Of a stretch of DNA of 64,000 bases, positions 14,501-27,281 are shown one piece after another (positions within the stretch are counted from its first letter, which is position 1; every line of letters begins with the position of its first letter). Origin of the DNA: Calcarisporiella thermophila CBS 279.70 (Eukaryota; Fungi; Calcarisporiellomycota). A model generated the notes under the pieces. That model was not told the DNA's origin. It ran no database searches and saw only the letters and a program-made list of their open reading frames with translations. The stretch covers positions 21,557 to 85,556 of the forward strand of contig NW_027192232.1 of NCBI RefSeq assembly GCF_041956535.1, given 5' to 3'. Both the position numbers and the translations under genes were made by a program.

Positions 14501-17500
14501 TTGGGCCATAAATTCGCTTATCTGCTGCTCCATGTATTTTATGGCATCTTTCCGCTTTGCTTTTACACCGCCTTTGTTGTTGTCTAGAAGAAGTGGACCG
14601 GGAAAAGCATCGAATCGCGATGGCTCCAATTCTTGGATAAGGTCTTTGATGCTGCGGATAAGGAGGTCACTTGGTACGACTTTATCGACAGGGCCGTTGG
14701 AAGTGGAAGTAAAGCGCTGTACTTTATGAGGGAACATCAAGATGGCCTTGCCTATCATGAATATGGTATAATGAGTATTATATCCCGATTCAATTTTAAC
14801 GAAATTTACCTCCAAATCCAAACGTGATCAATGGGCACCCTCTAGATCTCCCAAGTGGGTCAGTATCAGCAATTGAGGCATGCATGTACTGCGACTGATT
14901 TTGTTCCGCGCCAGCATAGCCTGTATAGTCATACGGTTGGTCCTGCTGATAATAGGCCGAGTCACCATATTGCTGTGTATCATACTCTCCGTAAGTACCA
15001 TATTGTCCCTCATGCTGCTGGTAGTATCCAGCACCAGTTTGTTGGTCGTAGTTTTGATTATAATAATCATAATTTTGATTATAGTAATCTTCGTATTGCT
15101 GCTGCTGCTGTTGCTCATACCCGCCCACTTGATCTTGGCCAAACCACTCAATATTTTGTTGGTTATTTTCCATGTTATCTTGATAGGCCGGCTCAGTTGC
15201 TAAGGCGGGCGTCTCAGTTGATTCAGTAGAAGTTACAGCTGGCTGTTGGTACTCATATGCTCCATAGCTCATATAATCATACCCACTTTGGCTTGCATGA
15301 ATTCCAGTATCCGCGAGTGCTGTGTTTGCGTGCTCGCCACTCATCTGTGAAACTGCGTGCTCCTGCGTTCTTTGAGATATATCCTTCAGTTGTTGTTGCG
15401 GAGGTGATTGATGCTGTGACACAGGGGGGGCTTGATTATATGAGCCATGCATGTTATAATCAGTGCTATTACGGTTTGACGGCGGTTGGTGAACAGGTGC
15501 TTGAACAGGCGCTTGAACAGGGTATGGGCCGTATTTCTCATGTGTAAAGTCCTTGCTCGATCGAGTAGATGCCTCCTTTGGCGAATTAACTGACGGTATC
15601 TGAAGAGGCATTGGAGGCCCTTGATCAAAGGCATTATGATCAACACTGTTTCTAGCTGAAGGAATGCGTTCGGAGGATACAGATTGTGCTGATAGTGAGC
15701 CACGCTTATTTTTTGCAAGCTCGACGCTTAATCTCTTGGCAGGAAGTTCCTGCAATATCGGAGGGGAAGTTTGGTACTGTTGTTGTGGGGGTGGAGGTTG
15801 GTACATGCTGTAATCGGTGCTGCTTCGAGTTGAGAGAGGATACTTAGAAGAAGGCGGCTGAACTGAAAACGGACTTGGTATACTCTGGGTTGATTCACGG
15901 CTTGCTCTCCTAATTTCCTGTTGCATGGAGGGCTGATGGGAAATTTGATTTTGATGTGGAGCTGGTTGTTCAAATAATTGGGCAGGGGGCTTTGCTAGCT
16001 CATTCTTCCCTTCAGGCTGTGACGATTTCTTAACGCTGTGCACATCTCCTAAGTTCTGCGCTTCTTGTTCACGGGGATATATTTGATTGTCATAAATAGT
16101 ATCGGTAGCCTCGATTCCAGAGTATGTCTCGTGATCAGCGGGAGTAGCATCAGGATTTAACATAGACTGATCAGAGTAATACTGCTGTCCATACGCATCA
16201 TATCCATAATTATACCATCCATTGTCTCCGCCAGCAGCCACTTGGCTCTGATCCTGGATGGGAGGAGAAGCTACGGTTGCAATATTTTGTATGTCAGAGT
16301 GTTTTTCATTCTCGTCTCCAAGTACAACTTCATTAACAGGTTGACGAGGGGGGCCATCGAGAGAATCATCAATATCTGCATCAGTTCTCTCGCCGATAAC
16401 CGAATCTCCAGCGGGCACTTGATGATCATTCCCAGGGATAGAAGAGTTTTGGTCTTCTGTTGCCGATAAAAGCATCGTCTCCTGATTCTCAGTTATTACC
16501 ATTCCTACACCATCACCAGACACTTCGTCAGAAGTTGAATGATGTTCAAAAAGCACTTGCTCATTCATCATTTCGGGTACATCAGCAGTAATAGTGGGTT
16601 CGGGGGTTTTCTCCTCTATGGCAGCAGTGATAATAGGGACAGCAGATGTGGTGGTGGAAGCTTGATTTTGTAGTTCAGGAAAAGGAGAATCTTGGATATC
16701 AGGGACATTATCGGACATTGGTTCTTAGAGAAAAATACACAGCGGTAAATTCGACGATGTCATAATAAATAAAGCAAAAGATGAAGGCAAGAAACTTACC
16801 AAATGTCTCGAGTCTCGAATCTGTCTGTGTGTCGGCCCAAGAATGCACTTCCTTTGTTTCTTCCATAGTATTCTCTTGATCTACAGTTGATTTATTTGGG
16901 TCAGCCTTTAAGAGATCCATATCACCTCCTGCTGTTAAAAACTCTGGATATGCACCGTAGTCATAAGATTGGTGTTGTTGTTGCTGCTGCTGCTGTTGCT
17001 GCTGCTGTTGTTGTATTTGCGGTGGCTGTACTTGATTCTTTGCAGACTCCTGAGCGAAGGGGCTATCTTTTGACAGTTGAGATTTTGAGTCGTGCATGGT
17101 TTCCCACTGTTGCTGCGGTTGCGATAACTGCTGCTGTTGCTCAACTCCATACATATTTTCATTTATACCCCATTGTTGCTGAGATTGCCCTTCGGTGGCA
17201 TAATGTCCATAATACTCCATTCCTTGTTCCGAGTGCATTTGATTATCAGTGTAATGGTAATTATGCCAATCACCCTCAGGTGTATTAGCGTAGTAATCGG
17301 CACCCTGTGCATAGTAATTCTGGTGATCTTGAGTTTCCCCCGTAGCCACGGGGTGCTGTGCGTAATATCCCTGGAAATATGATTGATTGACATCTTGCCC
17401 TTGCTGAGGCTGCTCGTAATAAGATTGTTGCATATATCCGCTTGCATTATAATCGTAATTATACCAATTGCCTTCATCCTGGTGCGTTTGTTGCTGTTGC

Positions 17501-17997
17501 GTTTGCGGTTGAAATTGGCCTGAGATTGAGGATGGTTCAGGGGTTGGTGTGGAAATTTGTGCATTCGCAGGCGAAAAGGTAATCGGTTGTGCGGATGGGG
17601 ATGTTACAGCGACGTTGGGAGTAGGTTGGGAATACAAACTCTGTGATGAATTGTACGTATTTCCAACGATCTGTGGACCGGCAGCTATCGGATTCTCAGT
17701 AGGAACCAGAGATGCCGGTTGTGAAGTGCTTTTTAACTGACTAAAGAAATCATCATTTGCTGGCACTTCTCCAAATAAAGATGACGAAGGTTCATATGCT
17801 ATTTCGTTGGTTGGCGCTGCAACTGGTACTGAAGGAAGCTCTGATTGCTTCGTGTGTGGTGTTGCAGTCTTAGGGGTCGATTTGATGTTAGAGGTGGTAA
17901 GGGAAATGGATGAGAAAGGATCGTCGGATGTTCCCTCGCTAAAAAATGGGATTGGCTCGTCTTCGGCCACGGACTTATCTTCCTTTGTAGTTGACAT
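11562..17997 (-). CDS. SEC16: COPII scaffold Sec16 (about 5 exons, long Q/Y/P-rich disordered regions)
   Basis: GCPLITFGFGGK, FPGPLL, GDRTEAVKYAIQEDMWPHALIISS, AAHICYLL, ANLGEENQFYYDEAQKRWINKK, ARSRYVDVL. Confidence 0.92.
16975..17012 (-). repeat. CAG/CAA polyglutamine tract in SEC16
   Basis: (TGC/TGT)n on the plus strand, translated as a Q run. Confidence 0.9.
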
Positions 17998-19029
17998 TAG
18001 AAAGGAGAGATCGTCGTGGAAAACAAGCAATTACAAGCGGGATGGTGAAGTAGTTATCGATTATGCTCTTCTCTCAAAATCAAGTGATATAAGAGAGCAC
18101 TCCGCGATTTTTTATCGTCAACCGGGTTCATTCAGAAGACACCACGTCATAAGAGCCCTTATGTAAACCGGGTCTGAAACTCTTCTGATCCTTTGGAATA
18201 ATCAAATAAATTCAACCAAGAATTCAAGAAACTCCAGGTTTTGAATTTTAATTGCCAAGGAAAGCTTTTCATCAAGAGGTTAAACGGATCTATGATACTT
18301 CAAATATACCGAGAAATGATGCCTTTTGTCCCTACTATTACCAATTCACTTTCTGGAGTATGGTCCCCTATAATTTAATTTGATATGATGCTTTTAGGAA
18401 TTAGAAGCAAAAAAATCCCATACCCTTACAGAGCATTAATACCGTTTTAGAAAGAATATTTAAATTGGCATACCAGGCGTTGATTTGTAAATGCGATGGC
18501 CTCAAAACATTTTTTTACTAATATCAACGTGTACTTTTACTTAAAATTATTACCCCTTTAGATGCTTTGTGCAATTACGACACATACAGAATAGCTTAAT
18601 AAATGGTCTAATTGTTTAGGTATTGTATAAAAACGCCTATGAAGTTGCTCAATGGAAAACTTGCCGTTATTGGTGGCTGAGGACATATTAGACAATGATA
18701 ACCATAGCTTATCTGGCATGATAATTACACTAGGGTCCTTAGTATTAGCTTGACACGGTTGAAGAGGTGATATTTAAAATATAGGAAGGATGCAAAAATT
18801 GGCATCAATATTTGATTTTTTTTATAATCATTTCAATAGATGCTTGGTATACTAATTTCTTGTTTTCTCATTCCTTACAAAAAATTGAAGCAATTTAAGA
18901 AAGGTACATCTCCAAAATAACACGATTTGAGAAAAGTATAAATTATGATTAAATAATGGGAGATTTGGGATTTACATATACATTAATGAGTGAGATAGAG
19001 CAAAACGAATTGAGATTTTTTTGCCATGT

Positions 19030-20973
19030 TCACCACCCATAGTTAGCTATAATGGATTTAAGTTGTTCCAACGAAATGTGTACCTTCTCTGTCAACTCGC
19101 GAGTATGCTGCTCAATACCTAGCGTGTTTACGCAAGGTAGTATTCGCAATATCCAGAGAAGATGCCATAAGGCTTCGGGTATTCGCTCATGCGGGAACGA
19201 TGGGTCCTGAATCAACCATATCAGTGCATCATATGCAACACTAAGCACACCAATAAGATCCCACACAAGACATTGTGCATCCAATTCGATCACTTTCGAT
19301 ACAAGTTCCACAATACGACAGGCGCCTTTCATGCACAACTCGCGTCGCTCATTGTCTCCAGGTTTTTCCTCTTCACAACCCTCCGAAACTGGTAGACCTA
19401 TCCGGATCAAGAGTGAGAGATAGATGGTCTCATAGCTGGATCGGAGGGCAAAACATTGGGGATCGTTTCCACTTTCTCGCAGCTCGGAAGGGCGGTGTTC
19501 ATGTAAGCGGGAAAGAAGCCTCCATGCTTCACGTGCGAACCCCTCCTCCTCACGCTCTCGCCTTCCACCAAGAAGAAGAAGCTGTCGAATCATCTTAACT
19601 AGCTGGGTTATCACTGAACCATGTACCGCCACCACCGGATTTTCATGCGGTAGCCGAGAAATTTGTCCCGGCTCCCAGTTTGAAGGGAGCCACCAGTTCG
19701 CAAAATTCCCAAATATAATGTTACAACCTTCGAGAAACATAACACCGTGAGACGCACGCCGGTATACCTCGTCAACATAGGGTAGATTGTTATCGTACAA
19801 TGCGGTATTGATAGGTTGTTCGAGGTGTTGCCTTGCTAGGTAGAGATAGTTACTCTTTTCACCTTCGTATAGAGAACAAATGTGCATGGCCATAAATGAT
19901 ATGACAACTGAGAGCGTTGCATTGTCGAAGTGTTCGCTCTATAGAAACATAAATCATCAACCAAGAATCAAGAGATACGCGAAAGATTCCGCTTTTTTCT
20001 AGAGATATTAGAGTAAATTAGCGAAAGGATATTTACTGCCAAGTGTTTTGCATGTCTAAAAGCATATTCAGAAATAACTTTAAGCCGCGCATCCTTCACT
20101 CCGCGTCGTAGTTCGTGCCTCGCCGACCATGCCATCGATGAATAGCGCAAGAGTTGATCAAGCGTCGCATTTTGAAACTCCCAAAGAAATCTCTGACGAT
20201 TTAGGATACGGTATGGGAAGAAACAGTCGCAAAATGACACGGCCAAGTGAAGTAACAAAGTTTTAGGGAATTGTTTTTCGAATTCCAGCGGGTAGGCCAG
20301 GTCATTGGTAAGTTGTGGAGAAGAGCAGCGTTGCTTGCGCAGGGAATTATCAGAAATGAGCCCGTATCTCCATATAAGCCGTGTCTTAAATGCCCGAAAT
20401 GCATCATCTTTAAACAAATAAACATCTCGAATAACAGGCTCTCCCCCCCATTTACTACCACTTTCACCTAACTTTTTGACAGCCCGCAGCAGATCTGAAA
20501 TACTTGAGACCCCAGTGTCGATTCGTAGGATGTTTTTATGAGTGTTCGCGACGCTCCAGCCTTGCGGTAGCCCTTCAAGCTTTAGCTGCGTCGAAGGCAG
20601 AATTCCGCTTACTAGAAGGTGACCTACACTATCTTTTAATTTATCTTCTAGTTCACGAACTCGTCGTGTAAACTGTCCAAGTCGTTGTGAGAACACTTGC
20701 ACGAAATTTATTTGATTAGTTGTGCTGGGTGGATAATAACATTCGACACCAGTCGATAGACAACGTGAACAAGCAGCTATTTCCATGGTACATCGTGCCT
20801 AAGCGAAATGATAATGAAGAAGCTTTGAAACTAAAATAACTCCAATGTATCTTTTTCAGCATCGGGCATCATCTCACCTTACGTCGCCGACATTCTAGAC
20901 ATGCATTTATCGAGCGGGTCGCATTCTCAGTCTCATCAAAATAATCCGCAGTGTCCTCCAACTCATTCGACAT
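19030..20973 (-). CDS. Zn(II)2Cys6 transcription factor, paralog of the gene at 1-1628
   Basis: Spliced ACLECRRRK|ARCTMEIAACSRCLSTGVEC; second intron joins AKHLA|SEHFDNATLSVV. Confidence 0.85.
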
Positions 20974-22574
20974 GTTTTCCTTTGAAATGAATGATGAATT
21001 CTTGGAGCCTTTCTTATAAGGCCTGTTAGGCACGGTTGGAATGCCAATAACCGGTGTGTAGCTTATTCTTTATTTTCACCGGTATGAGAAAATTATCGTG
21101 CCCTAATCTCATTCACCATTTAAAGCAATAAACTAATTTTATTTTAAGCCCCGTTTGGCCATAGACGGGCTGATTTTGGATTAACAAACTCGCCGATTCA
21201 TTAAGCCACTAAAATCATTAAGCTTGTCAAAAATAATTAATAAAACAAACCCGCTCATATTATACAGTTTTCGCACGACGTTCAACGTTCTATTCAATGC
21301 ATGTATACTTTCACTGTAGGTTTGGGTGCATTCTGCCTAATTCCTACTCAATATTGCGACCCACAACCGGTGAATGATGGGAATGGAATATGGGGTTAGT
21401 TTAACTTCTGATCTTGATGGATTTCCATCACACAATCAGGTATCACATGAACATTTCTAGATGTTTAGCTCAGATGCACTCTATTCATTATTGACAAATT
21501 TACTGATTGTCCAATCTTCGCTTGTAATTTAACTTATGTTGGCGGATGAATTTGTGCATTTGGTTTAAAATGCTGGCTATAAGCTTTGCATTCATCTAGC
21601 ACGTATTGCTCCTATTCATAACCTCACTGGTTATGCTGCCACTTTGATGACTCAATCACTATGCAATCAATTCTCCAAAAAAGTGATATTCTAAGATGTT
21701 TTCGGTCAGTGACTACTTTCTCCGAGCTATGAACTCTAATGAACATATCACTAAAAGCGAGATAAGCCTCAGGTGGAAATACATTGCTATCTTGGCGATG
21801 GTTAACCGATTGCGACAAGGAAAAGTAATCGAAAGCGATCGCAAACATGCGTAGCATCAATTGTAATATGAACCTATCATAAATTACTCGTGAGAAAGGT
21901 TTTTCATATATTAAAAATATTATTATATTAAAAAACAAATGATGCAATTTGAGCTAATGTTTTGAGGCACTGGGAATGAATATAGTCTATAAATTTCGCT
22001 AATATTTTTACTACTTTTTTTTTCCTTACTTTTAACATACCTGAAAATTCGGTTTTCAAATTGGGAGCTAAACGTAAATTTACCTAAAATAACGCATATA
22101 CAACATTAGTGTAAACCTCTCCGTTTCACGGCCAATTACACTTTTTAAAGTCTATACTTATTCGAGAGGATAAAGTGAATACCGGACTTATATGTGCAAT
22201 GATTTATAAGCTGTATGTACTTTATCAATTAATGGTAGTAGGGACATCTTAGTGCATTATATTTAAGAAAAAAAATTGGTTCGTAAACCGATGGTGAGTT
22301 AACTGCCGAGAAGGGTGGTTCATTATTCCTTTAGCTAGCTTATGAACCTTCCTATTGTGTGAGTATTAGAAAATATAATTTTCAAACCTATCAAAATTGT
22401 TAGTCTTTTTATTAATATTAAATAGATACTGGATATTTTAAACAGCGGTGAAGGTGGATTAAAACATTATAATATGCCTTTATTAGTGATGTAAGGTTGT
22501 AAAAAATGGAATTATATGTAATTAGCTCTACAATATAATAGTTCGATTTTTGGTCAATTAGAGGGATACTCTTC

Positions 22575-22931
22575 TCAACGAGGCACTAAGCATTCACCGC
22601 CCAAATATTCGCCACTCAGCTCGAACGTAAACTCTCCATCTCGAGTCACGACGGGGAACTCGTTGAGACAAAGAGGGATCTTACGCTTCTTGAACGACCC
22701 TTTACCTCGCTTTTCTAACGGCGTATGACTGAAAGTCAGTCCGTTAACGCTGACGCATGAATCACCAAAGGACGCCGCCCCCTTTACATGATAGGTGCCA
22801 TGTCCCGATACTGGGACTAAGATCGGCTTACATAGGGACGCCGTTGAGCTTATTACGTCTGGAGAATCCCGCTTTTCCAGGGGGAAAGCGAAGGTGAGGC
22901 CAGCGAAAAGAGAGAAAATGGCCAGACGCAT
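22575..22931 (-). CDS. Small secreted two-module Cys protein A (unassigned family), with Kex2-type sites
   Basis: Signal peptide, PLEKR twice, KKR, four Cys arranged as C-x24-C and C-x25-C; aligns with the ORFs at 23829 and 26898. Confidence 0.85.
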   Translation of the reverse strand: MRLAIFSLFAGLTFAFPLEKRDSPDVISSTASLCKPILVPVSGHGTYHVKGAASFGDSCVSVNGLTFSHTPLEKRGKGSFKKRKIPLCLNEFPVVTRDGEFTFELSGEYLGGECLVPR

Positions 22932-23828
22932 GCTGTCGTATACTAATGGAATTATAGGTTTGGACTATGGGAGTATATTCGGTGAAGTAACGATCGAGTT
23001 TCAATTGTTTTTCTTTTTATACTCGCCTTATAGTTGGACTATCGCTTCGGACTAGGGCATCTAGCAAAATGTGCCATGGCTGGCAAATACCTTCAGAGGG
23101 GTAATTTTACAAACAACATGGTAGCAAATTTGATGGGATAATTTCAGATCTTACCCTTGAATGCAGCGATCAGCGCTAGATTATCCGAAACTTATTTTGG
23201 AACCGAGAGTAATTCACCCTGGAATATGCGCATATGGACGCCTGCAAATTATTTTAGCTCCATCTACTATTTTCAACGGTTCATCTCATCGAGATTCAAC
23301 TCTAAGCTCATTTCTCGTCGCAATTTGTTTGCTATTAGCCCATGGGTTGAATTATCAATTTTTGCTTAGCCTGCAATCACTGGTACCGATCCAGGTTGCA
23401 CGGATCAGTGAATTTCCTATGTCAGAAGGAAAACTTGCAATCTTGAAAGTACTAGACCATATCAGTAGGATGAGAGAAAAGGCCGCACTCATCTAGTATC
23501 ACTAGCCACTACTTAAGCACGCACAAACGTGTAATTCAACCTTAGACTATATTGTTTTTTTAACCCGAAAATAAGGTAATCAGCAATAAGATTATCGAAA
23601 GTTTTGGATTTAGTTAGAGTCAAAGAGGGGAAGTGGGATAAATAAAAATGTGGCACCAATAAACTAACAAAATTTAGCAAACTAAATTGTCAAAACAGAC
23701 AATTTGAGAAGAATACATAGGCTCTTTATTTAATGAGCGATTGTAACCAAATATATCGTAAAATACTTATCGATTCTTATTTCATTGTCAAATGATCACA
23801 TTAAAATGATAATATGATCAGTTGGAAC

Positions 23829-24446
23829 TTATCGAACATGCGTTAACTTAGAACGGAGTGGACGCAGGCAATCCTCATTCCGATACTTGGCTAGGATTGA
23901 AAAGTCATACGTGCCAACTTTATCCATTGCAGGGAAGCTATCGGCACAAAGCGAGATTTCGGATTTCGAATTTTTATCGGCTCGTATAGGCATGGGAGGG
24001 GGAGGGACAGCGATAGTTTCGTAAACTATTTCTTCAACATAGGGAGTGGAAGTAGTACATCTACCGGTGGTGTCGGGATATATGGTTATAGGGCGAGGCG
24101 TAATGGGCGATATCGTAGGGGTCAAGATAGGAGGAGGAATAGGAGGAGGAGGGGGGCCCCATTGATACCAAGTTGTGGTGGTCACCGAAGTCCTTGCGGG
24201 AGACATAACAATAAAGTAGTTTTGCACGGACACACAATTCCCGTCATAATACGCTGTACCGCGGATTTTAAACTGCCCATTTTTCGGGACGCTTAAACGA
24301 ACTGGTGAACACAAATGAACCCTACGGGAATCTCCAGTAGTCAGAAATCCGACTCTGGGATCGTTACTAGTGTCTACCGCAGGGCGAGGTAAATAGAAAG
24401 CAAGAGTAAAATGTAAAAAGGCCAAAAGACAGAAGGTGCGATACAT
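23829..24446 (-). CDS. Secreted two-module Cys protein B with Pro/Thr-rich linker
   Basis: Signal peptide and the same C-x24-C and C-x25-C modules, separated by a long P/T-rich linker. Confidence 0.85.
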   Translation of the reverse strand: MYRTFCLLAFLHFTLAFYLPRPAVDTSNDPRVGFLTTGDSRRVHLCSPVRLSVPKNGQFKIRGTAYYDGNCVSVQNYFIVMSPARTSVTTTTWYQWGPPPPPIPPPILTPTISPITPRPITIYPDTTGRCTTSTPYVEEIVYETIAVPPPPMPIRADKNSKSEISLCADSFPAMDKVGTYDFSILAKYRNEDCLRPLRSKLTHVR

Positions 24447-24876
24447 GATTCCAAATAACCAATGGCACTAGAGAAAAAAAATGCCTCAAAGACTCGGTCC
24501 AGATTCCGCGCATCCTTATATACTAGAGCACACCTTAAGTTAACTGGGGTTCAATAGGGCGCTGAAATGGCTAACACTGCTCTTCACACATAAATAAGCC
24601 TTCTTTGATTAAGATTCGATTTGAACCTCGAACAATTTCGATGTTCATGAAACATACTACTTGACAATAAGAACAGTCTTGGAAACATGAATTAGACCCT
24701 GTTTATATCAAAAACTCCTCATTCTCATAGCAAAGCTGCTAAAGTTATGAGCTTTAAGTTGATGTGCTCTTGAGAATGTTAGATTAAGCCCATTTATTAG
24801 TCATTGAAAAGGGTATTAAATACTATATATTCAATCCAATTAGTAATTAATCAAGTGAGAGAATTTAAAAAATAAA

Positions 24877-26034
24877 CTAGCATTTATCGCTAACTTCAAG
24901 CACAATTTGTATCTCTTCGCCCTCTTCATTTCGCATTCTTTTTAGGTGATCTGATTGGCTCTGCTCGCAATTCGAACAATAGTTCAATGCATTTCCACCT
25001 GTCACTGGCGAAGCTTTCACATGGCTCTCGATCCAAACGATCCGGATGGGAAAGCGCTGAGCAGTTTGTTTACATTTTAAATATAGCGACTCCCCCAAGC
25101 GATTGTATAAGCGGAGCGCTTCATGTGAAAGGCCAAAGAAAATAAACCAACATAATGACACAAGTGCATGCCAGTTAAACAGTGCAGCGGGCGCGTCGTT
25201 TATTACGATGGGAGTCCAGAAATTTTTAACGCCTCCACTCGCTGGAGCCGTGTCTATGAATTGGAGATCACGTACAAGTTCGATTGTATTTGTAGGAATG
25301 GCGATAAGAAGATACACAAGACAATATAGAGCTATGCGATAAAGGTGATCCTTTTTAATATTAAGCTGTGTACGTTCGAGGATAGCGTCGATTTCATTTT
25401 TTCGTTGAAATATGGAAGCCAAAATTTTCCCTACATAAGTCAGATGGTTGTTTTTTTAATATTTACTGCTATAAATATTCATTCTGAGTGAAATTATAAT
25501 ACCGCAATCATAGACACCTTGGGCCGCAAAAATGGTGGGCCAAATCGAGAGAAGGAGTAGAGCTCGCCAGCCCTCCAACTCCAAACTTGCAAAGCATCCT
25601 CGTACAGGCGCAATATCATAAATCCTCTTTGCGGTAGCATACCGTAAACCAGAATAGAGAAAAGGAAATACTCCCGCTATCAAAATATCCATTCCAAATA
25701 TATATCTCTTCGTTCTGTTTGTTATCGCATCTGGGGATGAGAGAAACATATGCATAGTCGAGAGTGCCCTGTTACAAGATAATAGTAACCCGACGGGAAT
25801 GGCGGACTGAAGGCTTGTGGAGACAAGACAATATGCCCTCGCAATATCACCTGTTTCCTCTTTGAAAATCAAAGCATTCACGAAGGTAATTAGATTGGAT
25901 GCAAGGGCCCAGACAGCCAAAAGGCAAATGGCAGGAGAACTTCGTAACGTGCGTACATAGAGCACCGGGGTACAGCACAGGATCCCAATAAAAGAGGTAC
26001 ACAGTACTAAAGAAGCGGGTAATGGACTCCCCAT
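24877..26034 (-). CDS. STE3: STE3-family pheromone-receptor GPCR (2 exons, intron 25431-25502, ~361 aa)
   Basis: Multiple hydrophobic segments with STE3 hallmarks: W..SNL..FVN, YC in loop 1, YDI....GC, WP, FIFFGLSHEA...Y. Confidence 0.85.
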
Positions 26035-26897
26035 TTATATTAGGCGGCCTTAAAATTTACACTCATCAAAAGTAGTATGCGGGAAATGATTTTTTATATA
26101 ATCTTTATATTCTTTCCGAGCTTTTTTTTAATCTTTTAATGTCCAAATATGTTAACTAAACGTTCTAAGACTCGGTACACATTTAAAGCAAAATTATTGG
26201 GGCACTTGCCGTTTTACAAAGCTTATAATTTAGAATTCCGATGCTTGGAAAAGATGCAAGTCTGATATAACTTAGCTGATTAGATGATTCCAGCAGTCTA
26301 TCCTATGGAATGAGAAATAAAAGCAATTATAGAAGTTATTTTTGTTATTCAAAGATATGCACATCTATTGCCATCCGTTGCCATCCGTTAAATTATTATC
26401 TCTATGATTTAAGATCAAATCCTAAACCTTCTATTTTGAAGTATATACAACTCTAAAAAATCTTTGTGCTTATTTAGGGTTATTTCTCCTTATTGTTTCA
26501 TGCCCTCTAAAGAAGGGGTGGTATCCTTTTTCTCTTAAATCAACAGGAGTCAACAGTGATAAACCCATCTATACAGGGCGTGGGCCTAGTGATATATTTG
26601 ATTCTCTAGGGATCATGAGGGGAAAATGAGACATGGGTCAAGCATCCTACGTAAAATTAAAGAAATGTAAAATCTTCATACCATGGAAAAACGGGTGGAT
26701 ATCTATTCAGAGTTAAATAACGATCTTCCTTTCTACATACTAATTACAGCCAATAAAGTCACATTGCAATCGCGGATATTTTTTTTTCATAAATTGAGCC
26801 TCTATATATTAGAGAAGAATTCTTTTTTCTGTATAAATATACAGCATATATATTCATCAATAAACTCTTGCGGTTTAAGCCAAGGTGCTTGAAAAAT

Positions 26898-27281
26898 ATG
26901 TTTGCTAAACTCCTACTTCTTGCTCTCGCACTCAATACTATCGCAGAGCCTATAGCCAACAGTCATAAACTGGTGCCTTATTGCTATACTCCACATATTC
27001 CTGCGTATCATGAGGGGATATATCGTATCGAAGGGAGCGCTAAATATTCCGGTGGTTGCGTTGAAGTTGCACGATTAGGTGTTTCGCCCCCCGATTATGA
27101 TCAGGGAACACCCGAGGAACTTATCGAAAATATGAAGCGAAGTGAAGGTATACCACTCTGCAAAAACACGATGCCGGTAGAGAATCATGGAACATACAGC
27201 TTTGAAGTGGGGGCCGTGTACAACTTTGGCGATAGCTGCTTGGGTGTAAAAGAGGTGAAAGCAGAGCGTATTGGAGCATAG
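26898..27281 (+). CDS. Small secreted two-module Cys protein C, divergent from STE3
   Basis: Signal peptide MFAKLLLLALALNTIA, C-x24-C, KR site, C-x25-C; TATAAATA upstream at ~26833. Confidence 0.85.
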   Translation: MFAKLLLLALALNTIAEPIANSHKLVPYCYTPHIPAYHEGIYRIEGSAKYSGGCVEVARLGVSPPDYDQGTPEELIENMKRSEGIPLCKNTMPVENHGTYSFEVGAVYNFGDSCLGVKEVKAERIGA

